Shown here piece after piece: positions 1 to 11,779 of a stretch of 64,000 nucleotides of DNA. This stretch comes from Phallusia mammillata (Eukaryota): contig OZ281500.1 of assembly GCA_965637545.1 (NCBI GenBank), forward strand, positions 20,522,001-20,586,000. The letters run 5' to 3'. A program made the translations under genes and the position numbers. The stretch's first letter is position 1. Each line of letters starts with the position of its first letter. The notes beneath the pieces are model-generated. The model saw only the letters and a list, made by a program, of their open reading frames with translations, was not told where the DNA came from and ran no database searches.

Positions 1-3000
1 GTCAACGCAACTTTTTATGTTGCAAGTTTGTCAATGTCGTAATACAAAATTATTATATTCTCTACTTGAGAAATTGTCAAATAAAGACGAAACCAAAAAT
101 GTGAAACACAAACGGTTCCATTTGTCGAACACCAAATAAACAATAATAAATGTTTTTATGCATTGAAATATGCAATGGTCACAATAAAATGGAATTGCTT
201 GTTTGCAATTTGTGTCAAAAAATAATTATTACCACTCAATAAACGGAGAGTCAAAGTAATTATTCAGCTTCTGATAAAAGCTTAAGTCACAAAATAAAGT
301 ATTTGATTTACCAGCAGGTTATGCTGGCGACGTCATTTAATAAAATTGGTACCTCCCTAATAAGAAGGTAAAGTCAATAGTTGCAAGGTAATGCAACATT
401 GTCAGACACATGATGTGTACAAAACAACTGAATGCGAATCAAATCATATTCGTTGTCAAATTATAAATATTTGCGATTTGGTATTCAAATAACATTCAAA
501 TACCGCGTTGTAGTAACAGAATAAGAACAATTTACAATGTACATGTTGGCAGTCATGGATGAAAAATTTAAGCAGTTTCCAAAACTGGGAGATGATGTGC
601 AGATGCTATCCGCAATGATCTTACTCCTGATGAGCACTTCTTGTCAACATCTTTTCACTCGTCAGCTGCAAAAGAATAAGATTCACGATTAGCAAATAAC
701 TTTAAATCTTTTATATCTTGAACCAACTAATCTTAACGATTTTATTTTATGTTGCTAAAAGTAACTTCTTCTTACCTTTGACTAGAATTGCTGATGTGTA
801 GATTGACACATTCGTCAAAACACAACTGTCGTTGCCGTTTAGTTGACCATGTTTCCATTTAGTTGCAAGTTGCCAACCAGAAACATCAAGTCACTCCCTC
901 CAATCGGGAATGGAGATTTGCTGATTCTGATTCGCTTTTGTGCATTTTGCTTTGTTTCGCTGTTGCTCGCAAGGAACCAATTTTGTCGAATGAATCCCAA
1001 AGCATATGCTACCTGTATATATATGGACTCTACAATGGATGATCGAAACGCTATCTGCAGTCGAACGATGCTTCTCAGAGCTTTCCCACTTGCTGTATAG
1101 ATCTGGAGGTATCGATTACAGCGTTACGAGTGTATTCTGGCGCTGATGATGATGATTATTACAGCTTTGTTGTCAGACCGGGTCCCACACGAAGAGAAAC
1201 AAGCTTCACTGACGGTTTCCACGAAAGACAATGGGACGAAGGTGTAGATTTCATGTTATGTCATGATGGCACGAGACTGTACAAGTGATCACAATTCCCA
1301 AACTATATTTGATCAAAATCTTGTTTTAACAAGATTTTTAAAACACCTACACCAAATTCACAGTGTTAACACGTTGACTCCCGTAGCAAGTTAAACCAAA
1401 CCCAAACCAGCTAACTATTCGCAATCGCATCGTTTACAGCTAACTCATACCACGTCAAAACATAGGCTAATATAAAATTTCGTCTTGTATCGCGCGTTGG
1501 TATGTGAACATGCATTTTCTCGTTATACTTTCATATACACGGTGATAACCTTTTTTTAGATTATTAGTTTAAGCATCTTTTTTATTACAAAGGTTTCTTA
1601 TTATGAGCCTTGACCCCACGCATATATATGTTTTTGAAGCAACAGTTTAGTGGCGTTTCTATAGTTTTCAATGTCAATGAATAGAAATACCAGTCATTTG
1701 TGTATCGATAACTTATGTTTGTGTTTTGCTTATCTGGTAACTTGATCTTTTTTCAGATAGCTCGAGACAATATCAGTTTTGACTTTCAAACGCATAATTT
1801 ATTGCGAAAAAAAAACAAAGGTCAATAAATGAAAAATGAAAATGTCATTTTAATGGTCGCAATACAATCAATGCAATTTAATTTCACCCAATTGGGCAAA
1901 TCAAAGAAATCGTAAACGCAAACGATGCGTCAAAGTCAATTGATGAAATATCGTTCGAAGTCGCATTAGACTTACACGTTGAAATGTTAACATACGAATA
2001 CACTTTGATAAAGCGAGTCAACGCAACTTTTTGTGTTGCAGGTTTGTCAATGTCGCCATACAAAATCATTATATTCTCCACTTGAGAAATTGTCAAATAA
2101 AGACGAAACTAAAAATGCGAAACACAAACAGTTCCACTTGTCGAACACTGAATGAACAACAATAAATACTTTTATGCATTGAAAAATGCAATGGTCACAA
2201 TGAAAAGAAATTGCGTGTTTGCAACTTATGTCACAACATATCGTCACCATTCAATGAGCGGTAATGTCAAAAGTATTACTCAGCTTTTTGATAAAAGTCC
2301 AAGTCAGAAAACAAAAATAATTACCAGCAATTAATGCTGGCGACGTCAGGTCAAAAAATTGTTACCTTCCTAACAAGAGGAATAAGTCAATGTTAAATAG
2401 TTGCAAGTTAATGCAACATTCTCAGCCACACGGTGTGTACAACACAACTCAATGAGAATCAAGTCATATTTGTTGTTAAATTGACAAAATATTTGCGAGT
2501 AAGTATTCAAATAACGTTTGAATACCACGTTGAAGTCACAAAACAAATATGTACACTATGTAGATAACCATGGTTGAGAACACATTTCTCAAAACTTGGA
2601 CGTTGCGTAGATGATGTGCAAATGCTTTCTGCAACGATCTTGCTACTGATGAGCACTTCTTGTCAAAATCATTTCACTCACTTCTGTAAATAAACAAGAT
2701 CAGCGATTAGCAAACAAAATTTTGTTGTTTATGTTGTGGACAAGCCTAATTAACGATTTTATGGTATTGTATACAGTGACATCCCCTTACCTTTGTGCAG
2801 AATTGTTGAGATGTAGATTGACAGCTTTGTAAAAACATAACTGTCGTCGCCGTTTAGTTGATCATGTTTCCATTAAGTTGCAAGTTGCTAACTATAAGCA
2901 TCAAGTCACACCTTCCAATCGGGAATGGAGATTTGCTGATTCGTTTTTCCACATTTTTCTTCTTTTGCTGGTGCTCACAAGGAACCGAACTTGTCGAATG

Positions 3001-3300
3001 AATCCCAAAGCATATGCTACCTGTGTATATAGGCACTCAACAACGGAGGCTCGAAACACGATCTGCAGTCGAACGATGCTTCTCAGAGCTTTCCCACTTG
3101 CTGTATAGGTCTGGAGGTATCCATTACGGCGTTATGATGATAAATGTTGTTTACTTGACGCGTGATGACCCAACAGGCTTTATGAAAAGGGGCCCACGCG
3201 TCCGGGTGCCAGCGATATTTGGCGTTTCCACGACAGACAATGAGGAGCCGGTGTACATTTCGATGTACCTTCGAAGAATAGGCAACCACGCGCAAAGCGT
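1..3300 (-). repeat. ~2-kb repeat family, copies U1 (1-~1330, partial) and U2 (~1331-3300); intron-bearing strand is minus
   Basis: The same blocks recur about 2 kb apart, e.g. gtcaacgcaacttttt at 1 and 2017, cttacctttg at 771 and 2786. They are reverse complements of the copies at 3.9-5.6 kb and 12-19.5 kb. Confidence 0.9.
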
Positions 3301-3337
3301 AGGATTTTTGTCTGCTTATAGTTACCGATGGGTTATT

Positions 3338-3345
3338 TGACGTCA
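3338..3345. promoter_or_regulatory. CRE-like palindrome TGACGTCA in a CpG-rich spacer between inverted repeat copies
   Basis: TGACGTCA at 3338-3345, with further ACGT/CGCG motifs to ~3390. Function is inferred only. Confidence 0.3.
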
Positions 3346-3929
3346 TACTGTTACGCGTGCGACGTACGTGCAGCAAACTTTGACGTCGCATTGAAATTGA
3401 GCTGCTGATTTCAACACTCGTTTGAAAATTTTCCAGGAACAATTTAGCCGTAATAAACACATAAACACAAAATATTAATCTCTTTCAGTAAGTAAATCTT
3501 TTAGTAGATCCTTACTGCATACTTCATAGTATTTTTCTGAAGCTAAAAAATTTTGTTCGTATCAATAGCATTGTAATCTACATATGTTTAAGTTTTAATT
3601 TCAGTCCATGTTAATCCGTTTTCAATATAACTCATGCTTGTTACTCTGCTCTAGTTAACACCACGACAAAGGCCTCTGCAGAAAACGCCATTTGACACCA
3701 GTTTGTCTTGTACGAGTATTTTAAAGCATAATTTGTAAAAAACGTACATTTGCGTTGCAGTAAAATTTGCGACACACGATATCTTTAAATCATAAGACTG
3801 GTAAATTGGACTTGAAATTTTCATTTATGGATTAAACCAGTTTGGCAAATAGGCTAAAACCTCGCTTGTAGTACTGGCTTATTGTGCTACAGTTGTAAAC
3901 GACAATAATTCATCTTGTAAAGGTTGTTA

Positions 3930-5600
3930 CAGTCATAAATAACACGTGTCTCGAATATGATGTCTCGTGCCATCACGACATGACATGAAATCTACACCTT
4001 CGTCCCATTGTCTTTCGTGGAAACCTTCAGTGAAGCTTGTTTCTCTTCGTGTGGGAGCCGGTCTGACAACAAAATTGTAATAATCATCATCAGCGCCAGA
4101 AAACACTCGTAACGCTGTAATCGACACCTCCAGAACTATACAGCAAGTGGGAAAGCTCTGAGACGCATCGTTCGACTGCGGATCCCGTTTCGAACATCCA
4201 TTGTTGAGCCCTATATATACAGGTAGCATATGCTTCTAGATTCATTCAATAAATTTGGTTTCTTGCGAGCAACAGCAAAAAAGGAAAATGGCGGGAATCA
4301 AATCAGCAAAGCTCCATTTCCAATTACAAGGAGTGACTTGATGTTTCTGGTTGGCAACTTGCAACGAGACAGAAACATGATCAACTAAACGGGACGACAG
4401 CTGTGTTTCGACAAAGGTGTCAATCTACACATCAACCATTCTACTGAAAGGTAAGAAAATGTCACTTTAAGTAAAAAATCTTAAATCGTTTACTAAAATG
4501 ATTTAAGATATAAAAGGTTAAATGCATTTTGCTAATCGAGAATCTTATTCTTTTGCAGCTGACGAGTGAAAATATGTTGACAAGAAGTGCTCATCAGGAG
4601 CAAGATCATTGCGGATAGCATCTGCACATCATCTACGCATTGTCCCAGTTTGGGAACTGTACATTTTTTATCCATGACTGTACGGTGTAAATACTATTTT
4701 TGTTATTACAACGCGGTATTCAAACGGTATTTGAATATCAAATCAGAAATATTTTGTAATTTTGACAACGAATGTGACTTGATTCGAACTTATTTGTTAT
4801 GTACACATAATGTGTCTGACAATGTTGCATTTACTTGCAACTATTTAACATTGACTTCTCCCTTTGGTTAGGGAGGTACCAATTGTTTGCCTGACGTCGC
4901 TAACATATACTTACTGGTAATTTACATTATTAATTTGATTGATCTTTTATATAAAAAAAATGACTTGAGCTTTTATAACAAAGCTAAATAGTGTTTTTGA
5001 TTTTCTGCTCATTGAGTGGTGACGATATTTTTGTGATACTTTATTTTGTAACTTAAGCTTTTATTAGAAGCTGAATAATGACTTTGACTCTCCGCTTATT
5101 GAGTGGTGATAATAATTTTGTGACACAAATTGCAACCACGCAATTTACTGTTATTGTGACCATTGCATTTTTCAATGCACAAAAACACTTATAGTTGTTC
5201 GACAAATGGAACCGTTTGTGTTTTGTTTTATTGGGTTTCGTCTTTATTTGACAATTTCTCCGGTGGAGAATATAATAATTTTGTATTAAGACATTGACAA
5301 ACTTGCAACATAAAAAGTTGCGTTGACTTGCTTTACCAAAGTGTATTCGTATGTTAACATTTCAACGTGTAAGTCCAAATTGAGACTTCGAACAATGTTT
5401 TATCGATTGACTTTGGCGCATTGTTTGCGTTTACGATTTGTATGACTTACCCAATTGGGTGCAATCAAATTGCAATTATTGCACTTGTGACGACTGAAAT
5501 GACATTTGCATTTTGCATTTAATGACCGTTGTTTATCGCAATAAATTGTGTGTACAAAAACCAAAACTGACTTTGGCTCAAGCTTTACAAACAAAAAATT
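3930..5600 (+). repeat. ~2-kb repeat family copy U3, inverted relative to U1/U2
   Basis: Reverse complement of the U2 blocks. Intron GTAAG at 4451 to TTGCAG at 4558. Confidence 0.9.
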
Positions 5601-5694
5601 ATAAAATCCCAGACAAGCAAAATGTAACTTAGGATTTGATATACAGTCGAACGATGCTTCTCATGGCTTTCCCACTTGCTGTATAGGTCTAGAG

Positions 5695-5725
5695 CAGGGG
5701 TCACCAAACTACGGCTCGCGGGTCT
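5695..5725 (+). mobile_element. Truncated hAT/Charlie-type MITE end
   Basis: CAGGGGTCACCAAACTACGGCTCGCGGG preceded by GTCTAGAG (Charlie-like target site). It interrupts a short repeat-family fragment. No partner end found. Confidence 0.45.
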
Positions 5726-6803
5726 GACTGCAATACTAGCACGGAAACCTTTTATTTACTTATTTGATTCTCATACTGTCGTATTGAATCATGATATTTC
5801 TTATGAAATTATAAAGTCACCAACGTTCTGCCCAAGGACCACTGCCTAACGTAAAAGAACTTTTTTGATCGATCTAAGTTATATTAGAAAATAAAAGAGT
5901 CTATTGTTGAAGATTTATTTAGGTGCCTATAGTTGCATAGATATTTTAGTTTCGCGCAGAGTACGACTGTTACGAGTGTAAATCCATCACTAAAAATGTT
6001 TGCAAATGTTGACTTAGCCTAACTGCATGACCAGTTTTTATAATGAAATAGTAAAACAAAGATGACATTTTTTGTGCATACTACTAAATAAATAAATCTT
6101 CTCTATCATATTTGTTTTAATGTCTTATAAATTTGCCTTTTTGTTATCCATTTTATTGCAGGCTAACATGAGGCTACGTAAATACACACAAAAGTTATTA
6201 GAGTTGTTGATTTGTCGTCAGTGTTAAGGATTTACACAAGGTCGAAAGCCAGAAAGGACAGCTTGCTCGCTTTTTCCTGGTATATAACAGGCTCCTGAAT
6301 TTTCTTCCATATAGTTCTTCACTCGCCGTTTAAAGTCAAAAGGTATAGACGACCGCATTAGCTCGGGGCTTCTATAACTTCTAGTTGTAATTTTTTTGCG
6401 CACGCGGTAAAGAATTTGTCGACTTTTTTCCATGTTTTCACGTCCGTACTCGTCAACTCGTTTCCATAGAGTTCTGTTAAAGTACTCGTACAGCGCGATG
6501 TCCTGTAAAAGTAAAATCAAGTCAAGTTTGTTTGCATTGTCAGCACTTTGTCCAGTTGTCATTGTTGAACAGCTTCGTAAACAAGCAAGGACAAAAAACC
6601 CATTGGTTATCGAGTAAAGTGTCCTGACTGTGAAAAATTCACCCAGGGTGGTCACAATTTTATGTTAGGTCTGATTTTTCTCATAGCAGTCACAAAAACG
6701 GATTAAAAAGGGGACCGCAAAAAAATACTGCCACAGAGATTTTAGTGAATAATTTCAGTTCTTGATAAGGTGCAGACAGTGCACGTTGTTTTGACCTAAT
6801 CGG

Positions 6804-7113
6804 CAAGGGTCGGCAACCTTTTTGGCGACGCGTGCCAATTTACTTGTTATTTCCAGGTGTTAATGACCTCGCGTGCCAACGTTTTTCTAAATAATTGTGG
6901 CTCGTGCCAGCAGATATCAATAATAAAGAGAAAGCAGAGTGTTTTTTGCATGTAAGGCTGAATTTTAAGACGATGGCACGTTAAAAAGCATAAACAAGCA
7001 GTGTAACAGGGTAAATTGTTACTTCATATGAACACGCAAATCGATTGGCGTGCCATAAAAAAGCACCTCGCGTGCCAACCTTGGCACGCGTGCCAGGGGT
7101 TGCCGACCCCCTG
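6804..7113. mobile_element. hAT-type MITE in the last GAL3ST intron
   Basis: Ends CAAGGGTCGGCAACC...GGTTGCCGACCCCCTG with subterminal TGGCACGCG motifs. TSD not preserved. Confidence 0.7.
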
Positions 7114-8267
7114 GTATAAGGTCTCATCAGTGCAGCAGGTGACGAGAGATGGGCCATATTGGCTAGGGTTTGACGTGCCTGTCGTATCGTACAGCTATTA
7201 ATGTAACAAATGTTTGCCATATTGCTTTATACATACAACTCGGCTAAGATTCGTGAATGTACGTTTGTGCAGTTCGGACGGAAATTCCTTTTTTCGTGCG
7301 TAAGTTCGGCTATTCATCCAAACACAACTGGCTACAATTTCCCATTCCAAACACAAAAGATCCTGGCACACAAAAAGGTTAAAACCCAGCAAAAATAAAT
7401 CGTTTTCTAGAAGTTGCACACCTTTAAAAGTATCAAGGATTCGTCCAGATATTCCAACAGCATCACTAGGTCCATGTTCTGGTCCAGCTCTTCTATTTTT
7501 CTGTCAATCTCTTTTGTATCAATCAACATCGGATCAATTCCCAAATGATGAGATTGAAAATTTTTGAATCTGATAAAAAGGATTCGAAAGCAAAATTTAA
7601 CAGCATACTGCCAGACTTTTCAAAAATGAAAACAGTATAGGCCCAAAAATTGTCCGGATTAGGCAAAGATCTGGATTAACCAATGCCGATTAGTTTAAGC
7701 CTTATCACATTACAAATCATCTGTACCTCAAGTTGTGTCCGAATTACAGATCCGGTTTTACCTAGGTTTATTGTACATGTTAATATGTTGCCTATAGACG
7801 GAATATGAAAACGTTTCCAATCATATGTACACACTTATTAAGCGACTATGTCAATTTCTCCAGAATTTTTTCTAACCAAAAACAGAAAAGAAAACCGACT
7901 TTCCAAGTGAAATTTACCTGAAGTAGAACGGAACCGAGGAATTAAGCAAAGGAGCCGCTTTCATCAAAAACTTATCAACACCTAATTTTGTATCTTGTGT
8001 AATGTAAGTTTTGGGCATTTCTTCACAAAAGGTTTTCCTTTCTCTCCGGTTTGATAAAAATTGTAGGCTGACTGAAAATTCGTCCATGGTTTGCGTATGA
8101 CTGTGAAGTATCTGAACATACGAGAAATAGTTTTTACATATAACCTACATCACGGTAAATTAGTAAGGGGTGCCATTTGAAAAAATATATTTTAAAATAA
8201 TGTCGCCGATTGTAAAAATATGCGTTTATAGCAGAACAGGAATGCAAGTACCATTCCGATTTAAGGA

Positions 8268-8698
8268 ATCAATCAATCAATCAATCAATCAATATAGGTG
8301 TCGTGTCAGAGTCTGACGTCGGCGACAATCAAATGTCATAATTGTATACAAGGGGCATTGTTCGGCGGTGGGAGCCCCAGTCCCTTCCGCCGGAGCTTTT
8401 ATCAAGGCTTGCTTTTCTAGATCCGCTCAGATCCCCTACCGAGGTAGGTGCAGAGTTTTCCTCATCCTAGCCTTCGCCTGACGAGGCATAACCTACAAGG
8501 CAGTGGGTGGTTTGAAATCAGAGTTTTCCTTCTCCTATCTCATGTGCTGGCTATGCTAAGAGTCATGAGCAACCCTTCACTCCATTGGAGACCAGAACTG
8601 CCAGTAGGGACATATCCGGAGCCACAAGGCCCTTGCTGGGGATAGGTACTGTCTCTCAGTGGAACGACGGATGCAGTTTAACGTCATACCCAAGACAC
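8268..8698 (-). mobile_element. GC-rich non-LTR-derived (SINE/RTE-like) insertion with (GATT)n tail
   Basis: GC-rich island in a GAL3ST intron. The minus strand ends in (ATTG)n at ~8268-8293. Motifs GGGTATGACGTTAAACTGCATCC and AGGAGAAGGAAAACTCTG resemble RTE-type ends as recalled, not searched. Confidence 0.45.
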
Positions 8699-9172
8699 TT
8701 TGTTTAAGCAATATCAGAGCGAAAATGTCATGTTTATTCCGAATTGGCAAAATCAAAATGAAAATAGCGTTTTCGCTCCGATAAAGCTAAATCAGAAGGA
8801 CAGCATTTACAGACACAATCAATCATATCATACTTGGTGTCGGGATGGAAGCATTTTTTCATCTCCTCAGCATCGAACCTCGAATGATCCACCACAATAT
8901 TAGCATTCTTTGGAAGCATAAATTCACATTTAAAGCGTCCAGGATACCCACCAACGAACCAGCACGGAAACATGGCGGCACAAAGCTGTAAACATTATTT
9001 GTATTCAACCACAGTTGAGTACCAACACAAGATATCACAACAGAAATGTTTGCTAAATGCCGATAGAAATAGCGCAGGTACTTAAATTAACGATAAAACT
9101 GGGTTAGGGTTAGGAACTAATTTTAATGTTAAGAACTAACGAGTTTATAGAGCTCTTCTGGCAAATGTATTT

Positions 9173-9224
9173 TTATTCCGACGTTTCGACGTACTATACA
9201 GGTCGCCTTCATCAGGGTAAATAA
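9173..9224 (-). ncRNA. Minimal type-I hammerhead ribozyme, Penelope-like
   Basis: Minus strand: ttatttacc-CTGATGA-A-GGCG(loop)CGTC-GAAACGTC-ggaataa. Core intact, 4-bp stem II, palindromic stem III, imperfect stem I. Confidence 0.55.
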
Positions 9225-10679
9225 CACTGAATGCGCGTAGCACAGTGCACGGTAAACAAAGGAAAAAACAAATGGTGTCACAACGCAACGAAAACACTGC
9301 GCGATAACGAATGATTTAATCTTTGAGCAGGTGCCTGTAGCACGTTAATTTTTTAGGAACTAACTTTTAGGTTAATTTTATTGTTGTTATTATTATGAAA
9401 CCTCATCTCAAACGTAATAATCCTAACCGTCAGCATTTTTGCACAAATAGCATTCAAAATATTTTGGAATGCTCTTTGCTTCAGCTAACGGTATTTATCA
9501 AACTTGTGCGGTGTGAGTTCTTGTGTTAGTAGATTTTCTCTTTAGTTGGGTTACCGGTTACTTACAAATTGTCCCTTTTCTTAAATTTAAAACGAAATAA
9601 ATGATGCCATAGGAGTACGGTATAAATTCAATCTCCGAAAATCAAGAAACATGAGCTTTAACACTAACCTTGTCGAAACGATGTTGCTTAATGTAATGAA
9701 GTAAAATAGTTTGCACCGTTGTTGAACCAGTTTTGTGGGTTTTAATGAACACGAATTTCGAAACAGGTTTGCACTGATTCTCTTTAAACTGGGACAAATT
9801 ACTTGTTGTTTGATTTCCATCAAATGTCGTTGGTGTTTGTTGTGTTGGCCAAAAAACAAAATGAACCTCATTTTTAAATACTTAGTTTACTCTAAAGAGT
9901 ATAGAGCGACCCAAAGTACAATAACTTGTCTTGTTGAAACAAAGCACAAAATGTCTGCAAGACTTAACCTGTTAGTCCCCATCATGGCTTACGGCGCATG
10001 ACCTATTCGTTATGGAAGCTAGTAGCCTATATGCCGTGTACTAACTTACTGGTAAAAAATGGAGAAATCTTTACCTTCCAACTTACTCCAGTTGCGTCTC
10101 GGACTTTTGCTGTTGATGTGTTGGATCTGTGGTTATAGAAACTGCTGATTGTTTGAAAGGTCGGTATGTTAGCAAACACTAGGAAAGTTAGTGTGACAGA
10201 GATGCACAGAATAAAACATTTCTTCGTTTTTGAAATCATTTTATCGAGACAGACTGTGAACAAATTTAAACTTTGATCCAAGCTGTTTCTAACACTGGAA
10301 AAAAATAAAACAAAATTACTCACAGCACAAACACATTGTCAACCGCCTTTTACCTTTGGACTTCTTTTCGTTTCAGAATTTGACTTACTTGTTCTTTTTC
10401 TGTCAAGGTAAGTAGTAATTAGCTTTTTTGCCGCGAAGTGTTTTTTAACACCCTAGAACTACAAATGTGGACGGTTTTAGTGCATCAGTGACTATACTTC
10501 ATTTTGTATTAAACCGACAGCAGGTATGATGCTGTAGCAAAAATGTCTGTCAACTAAGAAGGTTGAGAAACACTGAACGAACAGAATCTATAAATCTAAC
10601 TAACTTTCCACGTATGTGCCTTGACAAAATCAAATACAGTTCAAACACACAAAGAATTGGGCATTGTATTACTTGTATT

Positions 10680-11570
10680 CGCGCTATTATCTTGCGTAGA
10701 AACCGTCAGTGAAGCTTGTGTCTCTTGGTGTGGAACCCGGTTTGACAACAAATTTGTAACAGTCACCATCAGCGCCAGAAAACTCTCGTAACGCCGTAAT
10801 CGATACCTCCAGATATATACAGCAAAACAGCAAAACAAAGAAAAATGAGGAGAAGTCGAATTGGAATCAGCAAATCCCTATTCCCGATTGGAAGGAATAA
10901 CTTTATGTTTCCTGGTTGGAAACTTCAACGAAATAGAAACATAATTAAAATTAAATTAAACAACTAAACTGCAATGAAAACGCTCGTAATGCGGTAATCG
11001 ATACCTCCAGTGGTGGGATTCTGCCGGTTCGCAACGGTTCTATAGAACCTTCTCACAAAATTTTATGAGATCAGCGAACCGGTTAGCATTACTGGTTACT
11101 GTCAATGGACTTTTTGTAACAGAACCGGCTGAAAAATATGACTTTTGTGAGAGAATCAGCTGACAAAAAAATGAATCCTACCACTGGTTACTTCCAGACC
11201 TATACAGCAAGTGGGGAAGCTCTGAGAAGCATCCCTCGACTGCAGATTGCGTTTCGACCATCTATTGTTGATTTTCTATATATGCCGGTAGCATACGCTT
11301 CGAGATTCATTCGTGAAGTTTCTTCCTTGTGAGCAACAGCAAAAAAGCAATATGTTGGGAAGAAAAGCAGCAAATCTCCATTCCCGCTTCAAAGTAGTGA
11401 CTTGATGTTTTCTGGTTGATTTTATGTGACGACATTGACAAACTTGCAACGTACAAAGTTGCGTTGACTTGATTTATCAAAGTGTATTCGTATGTTAACA
11501 TTTTAAGTCCATATTGAGACTTCGAACGATGTTTTATTAATTGACTTTGGCGCATCGTTTGGGTACCGCT
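10680..11570 (+). repeat. Fragmented repeat-family copy U4, internally deleted and MITE-interrupted
   Basis: Contains gaaaccgtcagtgaagctt, cagacctatacagcaagtggg and gacattgacaaacttgcaac blocks with deletions between them. Confidence 0.8.
11008..11186. mobile_element. hAT MITE, 179 bp
   Basis: TIR CAGTGGTGGGATTC...GAATCCTACCACTG. Decayed 8-bp TSD gatacctc/gttacttc. Same family as 23275-23453. Confidence 0.85.
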
Positions 11571-11779
11571 TTAACACCATACCTCACGGGAGATCCACTT
11601 TCACAAGGTGGCGTAAAGAGCTAAATTATTTATTTAGCGGCTAAAGAGGACTTAAAGGTTTTTAAATTTTTACATCAGTAACTAAGTTCTATTGCTAGTT
11701 GTATACCTTATATACCTTACCCGACCCTTATAGCCCTAACCGTAAGCATTTTTAGAGAGATATCGTTTTAAATATGAAA

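Larger units (their letters stand above)
6224..10239 (-). pseudogene. GAL3ST: Galactose-3-O-sulfotransferase (galactosylceramide sulfotransferase family), type II membrane; 1-nt frameshift in this sequence
   Basis: Exons: 10075-10239 (MISKTKKCFILCISVTLTFLVF anchor); ~9870-9669 (CKPVSKFVFIKTHKTGSTT, 5'-PSB motif; acceptor uncertain); 8834-8985 (GGYPGRF..NIVVDHSRF); 7918-8111 (YFTVIRKP..FQSAYNFY, frameshifted); 7422-7569 (DLVMLLEYLDESLILLK); 7237-7362 (DLLCLEW); 6224-6502 (DIALYEYFNRTLWKRVDEYG). Located boundaries are GT-AG. The symbol is family-level. Confidence 0.85.

Noticed and set aside
626-665. CTGATGAG in each repeat copy as a hammerhead core or C box
   Set aside because: No stem II-GAAA and no D box at a suitable distance.
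1005-1110. Insulin-like precursor idea (C-x10-C, KR, CC)
   Set aside because: B-chain spacing is wrong and the remaining A-chain cysteines are absent.
1750-1900. Exon-like ttttcag|ATAGCT...TGG|gtaagt on the opposite strand of the repeat
   Set aside because: The acceptor is lost in U6/U7 (CAA), the donor is lost in U2 (GCAAAT), and the frame is broken in most copies.
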